NCBI GenBank assembly: GCA_016214545.1
Contig: JACROH010000001.1
Span: forward strand, 116,239 to 180,238
Length of the DNA: 64,000 nucleotides
From: Candidatus Lloydbacteria bacterium
Lineage (GTDB): Bacteria > Patescibacteriota > Minisyncoccia > Phycocordibacterales > 21-14-all-47-15
Direction of reading: 5' to 3'
The notes under the pieces were generated by a model that did no database searches, was not told the DNA's origin, and saw nothing but the letters and a program-made list of their open reading frames with translations. Each line of letters starts with the position of its first letter. Positions within the stretch are counted from its first letter, which is position 1. Shown in pieces: positions 15,887 through 26,131 of the stretch. The position numbers and the translations under genes are program-made.

Positions 15887-17116
15887 ATGGATGCGTTTAT
15901 TCAAGAAACTCTTGCGAGAATCGTTGTCTCGTCTTTTCAAACAGCTCCGTATTGGCTTACGATAGTCCTCGGATTTGCTTTTTGGCAGATGTGGCTTTCG
16001 TATATTCACACGCGAAATATTGCCAACCTGCAGTGGACGATGCTTGAAATAAAGATACCGCGGGAGATTTCAAAATCTCCGCTCGCGATGGAGCTTGTGC
16101 TCAATGCACTGTATCAAAAAGGCTCAATTTCAAACCTCCTTCAAAAATATGTGCAGGGAAATCTGCGCCCGTGGTTTTCGCTTGAGCTCGTTTCTCTTGA
16201 GGGGAAAGTACATTTTTTTATCTATACTCAAAAATTTTTCAGCAAATTAATCGAAACACAAATTTATGCGCAATATCCGACCGTAGAAGTAACGAGCGCC
16301 GAAGACTATACGACAAAGATACCCTACGGGCATCCGGGCTCCGATTGGCAGATGTGGGGAGGGGAATTTACGCTCACCAAACCGGATCCGTATCCGATTA
16401 AAACGTATGTGGATTACGGACTGCACAAAGACCCGAAAGAAGAATTTAAAATCGACCCTATTACGCCGATACTTGAATATTTGGGTTCCATAGGCAAAGG
16501 AGAACAAATTTGGATTCAAATTATGGTGCGTCAGGCCGAAGAGCGTTTCAAGAAGCCGGGGACATGGTTTGAAAAGCGGGGGTGGAAAGATGAGGCAAAA
16601 GATTTGACCGCAAAATTATTGAAAGAAGCTGCAGAACGGACAAAGAAATTGACCGGCGCCGATAAACCGGGACCGATTATTCAGACAAAGGCCGACGAAG
16701 AGGTGATTTCCGCCATTGAGCGAAGCACGTCAAAATTCGGATTCGATTGCGGTATTCGGGGCGTGTATCTTGCGCGCGAAGGGGTATTCAATTCAGTGAA
16801 TGTGCCCGGCCTCGTTGGTTCGTTGCGTCAGTTTAACTCCGAGCACTTGAACGGTTTCAAGCCGGCGAGAACGACGAGCCTTGATTATCCGTGGCAAGAT
16901 ATAAAAAATTTAAGACTTGGCCGCATGAAAGCGCGCATGTTTGATGCGTATCGCCGGCGCAGTTATTTTTATCCTCCGTATGATCGGAAGCCGTTTATTC
17001 TTAATTCGGAAGAGCTCGCAACCATGTATCATTTCCCGGGCAAGGTTGCCGAGACGCCTTCTTTCACGCGCATCGAATCGCGCCGAGCCGAGCCGCCGCA
17101 AGACCTTCCTATATAG
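15887..17116 (+). CDS. Hypothetical protein with an N-terminal TM segment, unknown function
   Basis: 409-aa ORF; hydrophobic stretch YWLTIVLGFAFWQMWL; no recognisable catalytic motifs. Confidence 0.7.
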   Translation: MDAFIQETLARIVVSSFQTAPYWLTIVLGFAFWQMWLSYIHTRNIANLQWTMLEIKIPREISKSPLAMELVLNALYQKGSISNLLQKYVQGNLRPWFSLELVSLEGKVHFFIYTQKFFSKLIETQIYAQYPTVEVTSAEDYTTKIPYGHPGSDWQMWGGEFTLTKPDPYPIKTYVDYGLHKDPKEEFKIDPITPILEYLGSIGKGEQIWIQIMVRQAEERFKKPGTWFEKRGWKDEAKDLTAKLLKEAAERTKKLTGADKPGPIIQTKADEEVISAIERSTSKFGFDCGIRGVYLAREGVFNSVNVPGLVGSLRQFNSEHLNGFKPARTTSLDYPWQDIKNLRLGRMKARMFDAYRRRSYFYPPYDRKPFILNSEELATMYHFPGKVAETPSFTRIESRRAEPPQDLPI

Positions 17117-17120
17117 CCAT

Positions 17121-18113
17121 ATGTTTCCGGAACAAGAGCCATTGGCCGCACCGAAGAAAAAATTTTTTTTTGAAACGCAGAGCGCATGGGCGGGTCTTTT
17201 TTTTGTTGCCGCTCTGCTTCTTTTTTATGCGGTTTCGTTTGCTCCGCCTAAAACATTTCCTTCTCAGATATTTATTTCCATCCACCGCGGAGATACGATA
17301 AACGAGGTGGCTACCCAATTCAAACAAATCAATCTGGTGCGCTCTTCGTTTTATTTCAAATTATTGGCGCATTGGTTTGGCGGCTCCACCGGCGTTATCG
17401 CGGGAAAATATTATTTCAATGAGCCGCTGTCGGTCTTTGGTGTGGTGTATCGGGTTCTCACCGGAGCCTACGATATAAAACCGCAAAAAATACTTATACC
17501 GGAAGGTACGACTGTAAAAGATATCGCCGATACGATAGCTGGTGTTTTTCCCGATTTTGACCGCGAATCTTTTTTACGGCTTGCAAAAGATAAAGAAGGG
17601 TATTTGTTTCCGGATACGTATCATTGGTTGCCCGATGTTTTGCCGGCACAAGTCATCGCGGACATGCAAGAAAATTTTCACAAACGGATAACGCCGCTTG
17701 CGCCAGCTATTTCTGTATTTGGAAAAACGGAAAAAGACGTGATTATCATGGCGTCGCTCATTGAAGAGGAGGCGCGGCAGACGGAGACGCGGAAAATCGT
17801 ATCTGGTATTTTATGGAAACGCCTCGCGCTCGGCATGCCGCTTCAGGTGGACGCGGTGTTCCCGTACATCAATGGGAAGAATACATTTCAATTGACCGTG
17901 GAAGATTTGAAAGTAGACCATCCGTATAATACCTATACCCGCAAAGGGCTTCCGCCCGGCCCCATCTCAAACCCGGGGCTTGATGCCATCATTGCGGCAA
18001 TTACGCCCATCGCTTCTCCGTATCTCTATTATCTTTCCGACAAAGACGGGAATATGCACTACGCGCGCACCTTTGCAGAGCACGTAGCGAACAAAGAAAG
18101 ATATTTGAGATAA
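17121..18113 (+). CDS. mltG: Endolytic murein transglycosylase MltG (YceG-like)
   Basis: N-terminal TM, then YceG-like core ending ...TRKGLPPGPISNPGLDAIIAAITP. Start taken at ATG 17121 inside the longer ORF 16941, which would overlap the upstream gene. Confidence 0.85.
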   Translation: MFPEQEPLAAPKKKFFFETQSAWAGLFFVAALLLFYAVSFAPPKTFPSQIFISIHRGDTINEVATQFKQINLVRSSFYFKLLAHWFGGSTGVIAGKYYFNEPLSVFGVVYRVLTGAYDIKPQKILIPEGTTVKDIADTIAGVFPDFDRESFLRLAKDKEGYLFPDTYHWLPDVLPAQVIADMQENFHKRITPLAPAISVFGKTEKDVIIMASLIEEEARQTETRKIVSGILWKRLALGMPLQVDAVFPYINGKNTFQLTVEDLKVDHPYNTYTRKGLPPGPISNPGLDAIIAAITPIASPYLYYLSDKDGNMHYARTFAEHVANKERYLR

Positions 18114-18128
18114 ACAGAAGGGAACATC

Positions 18129-19490
18129 ATGAAAAAAGTCCATTGTATTGGCATCGGGGGAATTGGCGTGTCGGCGTTGGCACGATTTTTTCTGTCGCGC
18201 GGAATGCGGGTGAGCGGTTCGGACGGTAAAGACGGCTCGTGGAGGAAGTCTATTGAAGACGCGGGAGTGAAAGTTTTTATTGGACACGATGCGAAAAATA
18301 TTCCTCTCGATTGTGATTTGATTATTTATTCGTCAGCGGTGCCAGAAGACAATGCCGAAAGAAAAGAGGCGTTCCGTCGCAATATTCCGCAAAAGACTTA
18401 TGCGGAAGGGCTCGGCGAAGCGATGAAAGAATACGAAACGCGGATTGCCGTATCGGGGACGCACGGCAAAACGACGGCCACCGCGCTTTTGGGGCTTCTC
18501 TTTGAAGGGGCAAAGAAAGATCCGATGGTGATTGTCGGCGGGAAAGTCCCTTCGTGGAAGAGCAACTTCAGGAACGGGTGGGGAAGTGTTGCCATTGCCG
18601 AAGCGTGCGAATACGAAAGGGCGTTTGACGCGCTTTCTCCTACGGTTGCGATTGTGAACAATATTGAAGCCGACCATCTTGATTACTACCGCGATATTTT
18701 GGATGTTGAAAATGCCTTTGGAGATTTTGTGGAGAGACTGCCAAAAAACGGACTGCTTATCTACAACGCGGATGACGAGCGGGTACGGAGAATCGCTCTT
18801 CTGGCCAGATGCCGTGGCGCTTCTTTTGGCGTAAAAAATGATGCTGATGTTGTCGCGAAAAACAGGACGATGGGGGATGGAGGGCAGAGTTTTGATGTAT
18901 GGAGAAGGGGGGCGTTGCTTGGGCGCGTGATGCTCCATGTCCCCGGGGTTTTCAATATTTCAAACGCGCTCGCGGCACTTTCGTGCGCTCTTGAGCACGG
19001 CGTGCCGTTTTCGGAAGCAAAAAAGACGCTTGAATCTTTTGTAGGCAGCTGGCGGCGATTTGAAAAAACGGGAGAGATTGACGGCAAGCCGATGATTTCC
19101 GATTACGCGCATCATCCGACGGCGGTACGCGGAACCATAGAGGCGGCGAAAGAATTTTTCCCAGGCAAAAAAATACTCGCGGTATTTCAGCCGCACCAGC
19201 GTGATCGGACGCTCAAACTCTTTGATGAATTTGCTCGTGCCTTTGACGATGCGGATGGCGTCATTCTTTCCGAAATTTATGATGTCGCGGGCCGAAACGA
19301 AGCCGAAAAAGACATAAGCTCTTGCGAGCTTATGTCTGCCATTCAAAAAAGAAATCTAAAACAGGATGTTGCATACGCTCGTGATGTAGCGGAAACAAAA
19401 AAAATGATTCAGAAAAAAATAAATGATTTTGACGTCCTGCTCATTATGGGGGCGGGGGATATTGATACTATTGCAAGGAATATTTTTTGA
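18129..19490 (+). CDS. murC: UDP-N-acetylmuramate--L-alanine ligase
   Basis: MKKVHCIGIGGIGVSALARFFLSRGMRVSGSD Mur-ligase N-terminus; ATP-binding GTHGKTTATALL. Confidence 0.9.
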   Translation: MKKVHCIGIGGIGVSALARFFLSRGMRVSGSDGKDGSWRKSIEDAGVKVFIGHDAKNIPLDCDLIIYSSAVPEDNAERKEAFRRNIPQKTYAEGLGEAMKEYETRIAVSGTHGKTTATALLGLLFEGAKKDPMVIVGGKVPSWKSNFRNGWGSVAIAEACEYERAFDALSPTVAIVNNIEADHLDYYRDILDVENAFGDFVERLPKNGLLIYNADDERVRRIALLARCRGASFGVKNDADVVAKNRTMGDGGQSFDVWRRGALLGRVMLHVPGVFNISNALAALSCALEHGVPFSEAKKTLESFVGSWRRFEKTGEIDGKPMISDYAHHPTAVRGTIEAAKEFFPGKKILAVFQPHQRDRTLKLFDEFARAFDDADGVILSEIYDVAGRNEAEKDISSCELMSAIQKRNLKQDVAYARDVAETKKMIQKKINDFDVLLIMGAGDIDTIARNIF

Positions 19491-19521
19491 TTTGTAAAGA
19501 GTTTCATGTTAGTTTAGATAA

Positions 19522-20073
19522 ATGAAGAAGCACAACCTCGCTTTTATAGACCTTGAAACCACGGGCTTTTCGCCGGAGAAGCATGAGATTATTGAAATCG
19601 GATGCGTGTTGGCAAAACAAACACAGCGCGACGGAAAAGGCCCCGAGCTTGAAAAAATAACCGAATTTGATATCAAAGTGAAACCGACGCGGTTGAAAGA
19701 CGCAGACCCGGAAGCGCTTGATGTGAATGGCTACAACGACGCCGACTGGCTCTTTGCCACGGATCTGAAATCGGCGATGCAGGCGTTGTCCGACAAAACC
19801 GAAAACGCCAACATGGTGGCGCAGAATGTGTCGTTTGACGCCGGCTTTCTTGATAAGGCGTTTTTTCTGACTGGCGTGGAAAATAAAATGCGGCGTTTCA
19901 GAATAGATACGCTCTCGATGTTTTTTGCAAAATATTACGACGACCCGACGGTACAGCAGTACTCGCTCAAATATATGTGCGAACGTTTTGAAATCGAAAA
20001 TCCCAAAGCTCACACCGCGCTCTCCGACGCACGTGCGACCTTTGAAGTCTATAAAAAATTAATGGGGGCATAA
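19522..20073 (+). CDS. DnaQ-like 3'-5' exonuclease (DEDDh family)
   Basis: LAFIDLETTGFSPEKHEIIEIG Exo I motif; QNVSFDAGFL Exo II; HTALSDARAT Exo III. Confidence 0.85.
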   Translation: MKKHNLAFIDLETTGFSPEKHEIIEIGCVLAKQTQRDGKGPELEKITEFDIKVKPTRLKDADPEALDVNGYNDADWLFATDLKSAMQALSDKTENANMVAQNVSFDAGFLDKAFFLTGVENKMRRFRIDTLSMFFAKYYDDPTVQQYSLKYMCERFEIENPKAHTALSDARATFEVYKKLMGA

Positions 20074-20112
20074 AAAAATCCCCTGCGTGCTGGAGAAGAG
20101 CAGGGGATTGAA
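20074..20112 (+). terminator. Probable intrinsic terminator
   Basis: aaaaaaatcccctgc...gcaggggatt hairpin with a weak T-run. Confidence 0.55.
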
Positions 20113-20143
20113 TTTATTTAACTGGTAACTGGCGGCTGGCGGT

Positions 20144-20328
20144 TCAAAAATATTTAATGAAATGCCCTCCGCTTGAGCCGTCCGAGTTCTTGATTTCCAA
20201 GAATCCGCATGGCATGTTTTGAGCGAGACAGAGCAGTCTTGCTCGTTTGGGGATATATCCAAATCTGTTCAGGTCCCAATAAAGCACGGCCTTTTTCGCT
20301 TCCTTGGGATTGAATAACCCAATCATCA
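20144..20328 (-). CDS. Possible small hypothetical protein (61 aa); low confidence
   Basis: Minus-strand ORF MPTMMIGLFNPKEAKKAVLYWDLNRFGYIPKRARLL... fills the 300-bp gap between the exonuclease gene and mnmA. The track ORF 20144-20683 is longer but would overlap mnmA. Confidence 0.3.
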
Positions 20329-20414
20329 TAGTAGGCATTGTCGTCTGGCCTTTCGTGAAAAATATTTTTAGATAATTAAAGAAATCTAAGTATATTATAC
20401 AGCATAAATATAAT

Positions 20415-21509
20415 ATGTCAAGTATCGCTGTTAAAAACAAAAAGAGGGTATTTGTCGGACTTTCCGGCGGGGTTGATTCGTCGGTCGCCGCGGCGCTCTT
20501 AAAAAAAGAAGGATACGATGTGACGGGTGTGTTTATCAAAACATGGCATCCGGATTTTTTGCCGTCCGCCTCGTCTCCGAGTCGAGACGGGTGCACGTGG
20601 AGAGAAGAGCGGCTTGACGCGATGCGTGCCGCCGCACATTTGGATATTCCGTTTCTCACGTTTGATTTTGAAAATGAATACAAAAAAAATGTCGCGGATT
20701 ATTTTATCAGCGAATACAAAATGGGGAGAACGCCCAATCCTGATGTCATGTGCAACAAAGAAATTAAATTTGGCGCATTTTTAAAAAAAGCGAGAGCAAT
20801 GGGAGCGGATTTTGTGGCCACCGGACACTATGCGCGGAAAGACGGCGCGGAGCTTCTTACCGGAGTTGATACCGGCAAAGACCAGGCATATTTTTTATGG
20901 ACACTCTCGCAAGAGCAATTGAGCCGTTGCTTGTTTCCCATCGGCAAATATAAAAAAAATGACGTGCGGAAGCTTGCAAAAAAATTCGGGCTGCCGACCG
21001 CGGAGAAAAAAGATAGCCAAGGTATCTGTTTTCTTGGCAAGACCGACATGAAAGAATTTTTAGCACACTACATGACGCCACGTGTTGGGTCTGTGGTGAG
21101 CGAACAAGGAAAGACCATCGGTACGCACCAAGGGGCGTTCTTTTATACCTTGGGAGAACGGCATGGATTTACCATTACCGCTCATAACGACCGGGCAAAA
21201 CCATACTATATTGTTAAGAAAGACTTGGAAAATAACACTATAATGGTTTCACACGTTATCCACAGCGGAGACAAGCATTTTTCACATAAAGAAATAAATT
21301 TGGAGAATGTCAATTGGATTTCCGGCATTGCCCCCGACGAAAGCAAACAATATACGGCGCACATTCGCTACCACGGAGAGTTCTTGCCGTGCCAAATAAA
21401 AGAGAGCGGCAAGAAAGTTATTTTTAAAAAGCCGTGTCTCGCGGCATCGGGTCAATCAGTTGTCGTATATGACGGCGATGTTTGTCTGGGCGGCGGTATT
21501 GTCGCGTAA
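20415..21509 (+). CDS. mnmA: tRNA-specific 2-thiouridylase MnmA
   Basis: VFVGLSGGVDSSVAAALLKKEGYDVTGVFIK PP-loop; catalytic Cys region and C-terminal barrel conserved. Confidence 0.9.
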   Translation: MSSIAVKNKKRVFVGLSGGVDSSVAAALLKKEGYDVTGVFIKTWHPDFLPSASSPSRDGCTWREERLDAMRAAAHLDIPFLTFDFENEYKKNVADYFISEYKMGRTPNPDVMCNKEIKFGAFLKKARAMGADFVATGHYARKDGAELLTGVDTGKDQAYFLWTLSQEQLSRCLFPIGKYKKNDVRKLAKKFGLPTAEKKDSQGICFLGKTDMKEFLAHYMTPRVGSVVSEQGKTIGTHQGAFFYTLGERHGFTITAHNDRAKPYYIVKKDLENNTIMVSHVIHSGDKHFSHKEINLENVNWISGIAPDESKQYTAHIRYHGEFLPCQIKESGKKVIFKKPCLAASGQSVVVYDGDVCLGGGIVA

Positions 21510-21565
21510 GATTAAAAGACGGAGTCCGCTTTGAATTCTTTCTTTTCTGGGATACTATTTTGAAT

Positions 21566-23338
21566 ATGCAGTCAGGAGAAATCCGCAATAGATTTTTAAC
21601 TTTTTTCAAAAAACGGGAACATGCGATTATCCCAAGTGCTTCGCTCGTGCCTGAAAATGACCCTTCCGTGCTTTTTACGACGGCCGGCATGCAGCCCTTG
21701 GTGCCGTATCTTTTAGGAGAACCGCATCCGGCGGGAAAGCGATTGGCGAATGTGCAGAAGTGTGTCCGCACGCAAGACATCGATGAGGTGGGAGACGCGA
21801 CGCACGATACTTTTTTTGAAATGCTCGGCAACTGGTCGCTCGGTGATTACTTCAAAGAAGAAACGATTAAATGGAGTTATGAATTTTTGACCTCAAAAGA
21901 GGAGGGGCTCGGGCTTGATCCGTCGCGGCTCTACATTACCGTCTTTGGCGGGAACGATTCGGTAAAAGAAGCTGATGAAGAATCAAAAAAAAACTGGATG
22001 TCGCAAGGGATTTCTGAGCGCCGTATATACACCATGGAAGGGGAGACAAACTGGTGGAGCCCGGGAGATAATGGCCCCTCTGGCCCCGATACGGAAATGT
22101 TTTATGATGTGACCGAAAAGGGTCTTGGAGATTTGACCAAAGAAGAATTTATGCGCGCCGATGAAGAGCAAAAGGTGGTTGAGATCTGGAACGACGTATT
22201 CATGGAGTATGAGAAGAAAGGCGGAAAAGTAACGGGCAAATTGAAGAATAAAAACGTAGATACGGGGGCGGGGCTTGAACGGCTTGCGATGGTGATGCAG
22301 GGGAAAGACAACATTTTTGAGACGGATTTGTTCAAACCGCTCATGAACGCGATTGAAATGCGCGCGATGTCTAACGGCGCGCGCGCGAAACGGATTCTTG
22401 CCGACCATGTTCGCACGGCGGTCTTTATGATCGGCGACGGCGTGCTTCCGTCAAACACCGACCGCGGGTATATTTTACGGCGGCTCATTCGCCGCGCGGT
22501 GCGGTATGTTGATGTGCTCGGCATGAAAGAAGGAGCCCTCGCGGCGCTTTCCGATGTGGTGGTTGAAACGTATGCCGGTGTTTATAAAAATCTTTCTTCG
22601 GAGAAAGTGCACATTGGGCAGACGATTGCCGACGAATCTGCGAAATTCCGACAGACGCTTGAACGGGGGATGCGCGAGTTCGAAAAAATAAGCGCAAGCG
22701 GTATTTCCGGGAAAGAAGCCTTTGCGCTTTTTTCAACGTATGGATTTCCTTTTGAATTAACGCTTGAACTCGCCGCCGAACAAAATATTACGGTTAATAA
22801 AAAAGAATTTGAAGAAGAATTGCAGAAACACCAAGCGCTTTCACGTGCGGGTGCGGAGAAAAAATTCAAAGGAGGGTTGTCCGGGCACGGAGAAATGGAA
22901 ACCAAATATCACACAGCGACGCACCTTTTACATCAGGCGCTGCGGTTGGTGTTGGGAGAGCATGTTATTCAAAAAGGAAGCAACATTACGCCGGAGCGGC
23001 TCCGCTTTGATTTCTCACATCCTGAAAAATTGACGGACGAAGAAAAGAAAAAAGTGGAGGATATTGTAAACGAAGAGATAGCCCGCGCTTTGCCGGTCTC
23101 ATACGAAGAATTGCCGATAGAAGAAGCGCGCGCCCGCGGCGCTATCGGCGCATTTGGCGACAAATACGGCGAGATGGTGAAAGTCTATACAATAGGAAAT
23201 GAAAAAACGGGTGTCTTCAGCGCTGAGTTTTGCGGTGGCCCGCATGTTAAAAATACATCCGAGCTCGGGCATTTCAAAATAACCAAAGAAGAAGCGGTCG
23301 CGCAAGGGATACGGCGCATCAAGGCGGTGCTTGGGTAA
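21566..23338 (+). CDS. alaS: Alanine--tRNA ligase, short form (catalytic plus editing domains, no C-Ala domain)
   Basis: N-terminus FLTFFKKREHAIIPSASLVPENDPSVLFTTAGMQP...CVRTQDIDEVG...HDTFFEMLGNWS; editing-domain HTATHLLHQ and CGGPH motifs. Start at ATG 21566 inside ORF 21482. Confidence 0.9.
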   Translation: MQSGEIRNRFLTFFKKREHAIIPSASLVPENDPSVLFTTAGMQPLVPYLLGEPHPAGKRLANVQKCVRTQDIDEVGDATHDTFFEMLGNWSLGDYFKEETIKWSYEFLTSKEEGLGLDPSRLYITVFGGNDSVKEADEESKKNWMSQGISERRIYTMEGETNWWSPGDNGPSGPDTEMFYDVTEKGLGDLTKEEFMRADEEQKVVEIWNDVFMEYEKKGGKVTGKLKNKNVDTGAGLERLAMVMQGKDNIFETDLFKPLMNAIEMRAMSNGARAKRILADHVRTAVFMIGDGVLPSNTDRGYILRRLIRRAVRYVDVLGMKEGALAALSDVVVETYAGVYKNLSSEKVHIGQTIADESAKFRQTLERGMREFEKISASGISGKEAFALFSTYGFPFELTLELAAEQNITVNKKEFEEELQKHQALSRAGAEKKFKGGLSGHGEMETKYHTATHLLHQALRLVLGEHVIQKGSNITPERLRFDFSHPEKLTDEEKKKVEDIVNEEIARALPVSYEELPIEEARARGAIGAFGDKYGEMVKVYTIGNEKTGVFSAEFCGGPHVKNTSELGHFKITKEEAVAQGIRRIKAVLG

Positions 23339-23414
23339 ATCGGCTGTCCGCGATAACGACAGGCAATCCACATGCCTGTGATTTTTCTTTTGGCATGCGT
23401 GATATAATACTCAC

Positions 23415-24632
23415 ATGAGTCCGCTCTCTTTTTCTGCACATAAACCATACACGTCGGTGGCGCTGCTTGATATCGGGAGCACCAGTGTCGGTGCGGCGCT
23501 GGTGCGCCTTTCAGAACAAACCGACGGCGCCTTTCCGCCGACCGTTGTTTGGAGTCGAAGAAAAGAAATCCCGTTTCAGCAGGCGGTTGATTCCGACCAC
23601 TTTTTTCAGCGCATATCGGGGGCTTTAAAGGCGGTCCTGGAGGCGATGTCGACCGAAGCAAAAGAATCTCCGCAGGCTTTTTTTTGTACTTTTTCATCGC
23701 CGTGGTATGCGGCGCAAACGCGTATTGCCAAGAGTACTTTTCCGCAATCCTCCATCATTACTCCTCAGATCGTCAATTCGCTGGTCGATGCCGAGGCCGC
23801 GGCTTTTGAGGCGGCATACGCATCGCATATGCCGGCCGAGTCGTCCGGGCGCGCCGCGTTGCTGGAGCAAAAAATCATGCGTGTGCGTCTGAACGGATAT
23901 GCGGTAGAAAAACCGTATGGAAAATCTGCGCAAGAGGTTGATGTCGCGTTGTATATCAGCATGAGCCCGCAATTTTTTTTGGATGAAGTAAATCGGCTTG
24001 TTGGGGAAGTGTTTCATCGCGGCATTGACCAATATCATTCGCTCGCGTTTGTGTCGTTTTCAGCGCTGCGCGACATCTTTCCGGAGCGTGAACATTTTCT
24101 TATGTGCGACATCGGCGGGGAGATTACCGACCTCTCGCTCGTTAAAAATAATCTCTTGGTGGAGACGGTCTCTTTTCCAAAAGGACGAATGACGCTTATG
24201 CGCGATGCCGTCTCACGGCTTAAACGGCAGCCCGAAGAAGTGCTCTCGATGCTCACGCTTCATTTTGAGGGATTGCGCGGGGAGGACGCGCTCTCTCCAA
24301 GGCTCAATGAGATTATTGAGCAAGGCAGAAAAGAGTGGCTCGAGGCGTTTTATGCAGCGATGACGGAATTAAGAAATCGCAACTTTCTTGCGGGCGATAT
24401 TGAGATAACGGCGCACCCGCTTATGCGCCAATGGATAGGTTCGGCGCTATCTTCCGCAACTCCTCCTCTTGGCGCCGTAGGCAATGTAAAACTCAATCCG
24501 CATTTTATAGATGCTCCTTTTTTACGCACGTTTGTTTCATTTCAGGATGCTGCTCGGCAATTTGACGCGTTTCTCGGGCTTGAAGCGGTGTTTGCGGAGA
24601 AAATATTGAATCTTGCAGGGAAAGCGGTATAA
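23415..24632 (+). CDS. Actin-like ATPase (ASKHA superfamily; FtsA/PilM/Ppx-like fold) of unknown role
   Basis: Phosphate-1-like VALLDIGSTSVGAALV and phosphate-2/adenosine-like MCDIGGEITDLSLV motifs. Confidence 0.65.
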   Translation: MSPLSFSAHKPYTSVALLDIGSTSVGAALVRLSEQTDGAFPPTVVWSRRKEIPFQQAVDSDHFFQRISGALKAVLEAMSTEAKESPQAFFCTFSSPWYAAQTRIAKSTFPQSSIITPQIVNSLVDAEAAAFEAAYASHMPAESSGRAALLEQKIMRVRLNGYAVEKPYGKSAQEVDVALYISMSPQFFLDEVNRLVGEVFHRGIDQYHSLAFVSFSALRDIFPEREHFLMCDIGGEITDLSLVKNNLLVETVSFPKGRMTLMRDAVSRLKRQPEEVLSMLTLHFEGLRGEDALSPRLNEIIEQGRKEWLEAFYAAMTELRNRNFLAGDIEITAHPLMRQWIGSALSSATPPLGAVGNVKLNPHFIDAPFLRTFVSFQDAARQFDAFLGLEAVFAEKILNLAGKAV

Positions 24633-24732
24633 TAAATAAAAAGGTTACTCATCTAATTTTTATTATTACAATTATATGGCAAAAAACATTCTTCAAGACG
24701 TAATCGCATCTCGAAAAAAAGGAGTTACCGTG

Positions 24733-25944
24733 ATGGATACCGTCGCACGAGCGGCTGTAGAAGAACACTATGGCGAACAGGGTTTTCGAAAATATGCTAT
24801 ATGGATTGTTGTTGCCGTAGCCGTGCTCTTTCTCATCATTTTTTCTTCTTTTATTGTTTTATCCGGGGCTACCATAACACTGACTCCACGAAGCCAGGAT
24901 GTTTCAGTTGATGCCACATTTTCTGCGCATAAGCGTGCGCTCGATAGCCAAGTGGAATTACCCTTTGACATAATGACGATTGAGGAAACGGCTGAAAAAG
25001 CGGTGCCGGCAACCGGCTCTGAAACCATTCATCAAAAAGCTTCGGGTGAAATAATTGTTTACAATAATTACAGCGCCCAAACTCAGAAATTTGTAAAAAA
25101 TACGCGCTTTGAAACGCCTGACGGCAAAATATACCGCGTCCAAAAATCAATAGCGGTCCCCGGGAAAACGGGTTCAGGAACCAGTGCCGTGCCGGGCTCT
25201 GTTGTGGCAACGGTCTATGCCGATGAGGAAGGAGACGCTTTCAACATCGGGCTTTCCGATTTCACTCTGCCGGGCCTAAAGGGGACCCCGATGTTTAGCG
25301 GCATCTATGCGCGTTCTAAAACGCCGATGACCGGAGGATTCTCGGGGGTACGGAAAATTATTTCCGATACGGACCGTCAGGCGGCTGAAACTGAATTAAG
25401 AAAAATAACTCAAGACAAGCTCACCCAGCGTGTTCATCAGGAGAAGCCGGAGGGGTTTGTTCTTTACGATGACGGGGTATCAATTGAATTTATAAGCGAC
25501 AATAAAGAGGGTGACACAAACGCCGCCTCAAATACCGTAACCATGCGAATGCGTGCCGTGCTGCGCGGTATTATGTTCAACGAGCGTGATTTGAGTCAGT
25601 ATATTGCCAAAAAGACAGTCGACAACTTTGACGGCGGAGCGGTGACTGTCCCAAATATGGCATCCTTGCGTTTTGTTTTACTCAACAAAGAAAAGCTATC
25701 GTTATCTGACGCGCAGTCGATATCATTCGGGCTTTCAGGTCCGGCCCGGATTGTCTGGTCAATAGACGGAGATTCATTAAAAGAAAAGCTTGCCGGAACC
25801 CCGAAAAGCGATTTCCAAAAAATTATGGGAAGCTTTTTGAATATTGAGCGGGCTGGAGTATCGATTAAGCCGTTTTGGAAAACAAATTTTCCTGAAAATA
25901 GCCAAAAAATAAAGGTGGAAATAGTAACACCGGCTTCTCAATAA
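24733..25944 (+). CDS. Single-pass membrane protein with a large extracytoplasmic domain, unknown function
   Basis: ORF 24676-25944; preferred start ATG 24733, preceded by aaggag at -8. TM IWIVVAVAVLFLIIFSSFIVL. Confidence 0.65.
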   Translation: MDTVARAAVEEHYGEQGFRKYAIWIVVAVAVLFLIIFSSFIVLSGATITLTPRSQDVSVDATFSAHKRALDSQVELPFDIMTIEETAEKAVPATGSETIHQKASGEIIVYNNYSAQTQKFVKNTRFETPDGKIYRVQKSIAVPGKTGSGTSAVPGSVVATVYADEEGDAFNIGLSDFTLPGLKGTPMFSGIYARSKTPMTGGFSGVRKIISDTDRQAAETELRKITQDKLTQRVHQEKPEGFVLYDDGVSIEFISDNKEGDTNAASNTVTMRMRAVLRGIMFNERDLSQYIAKKTVDNFDGGAVTVPNMASLRFVLLNKEKLSLSDAQSISFGLSGPARIVWSIDGDSLKEKLAGTPKSDFQKIMGSFLNIERAGVSIKPFWKTNFPENSQKIKVEIVTPASQ

Positions 25945-26131
25945 TCTCAAAAAAATGTCGACCATGGTTCTCTCGGCCGGCTTGAAAACATGAAGAATCG
26001 AAGCTTTTGCGGGCGGGTAGAGAAAGGTGTTGACGCCAAAGGCTTCTTTTGCTATAGTCTTTGAAGCGGTATTTTCCGCGGTCTTTTTATTTTGTGACCC
26101 CATTAATTTAGGTCCGCTTTTTTTTACAAAC

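Noticed and set aside
18333-18938. 201-aa minus-strand ORF inside murC
   Set aside because: Antisense to murC.
20406-20417. TATAAT immediately abutting the mnmA ATG as a leaderless-transcript promoter
   Set aside because: The -10 element would put the transcription start downstream of the ATG; more likely coincidence in an AT-rich spacer.
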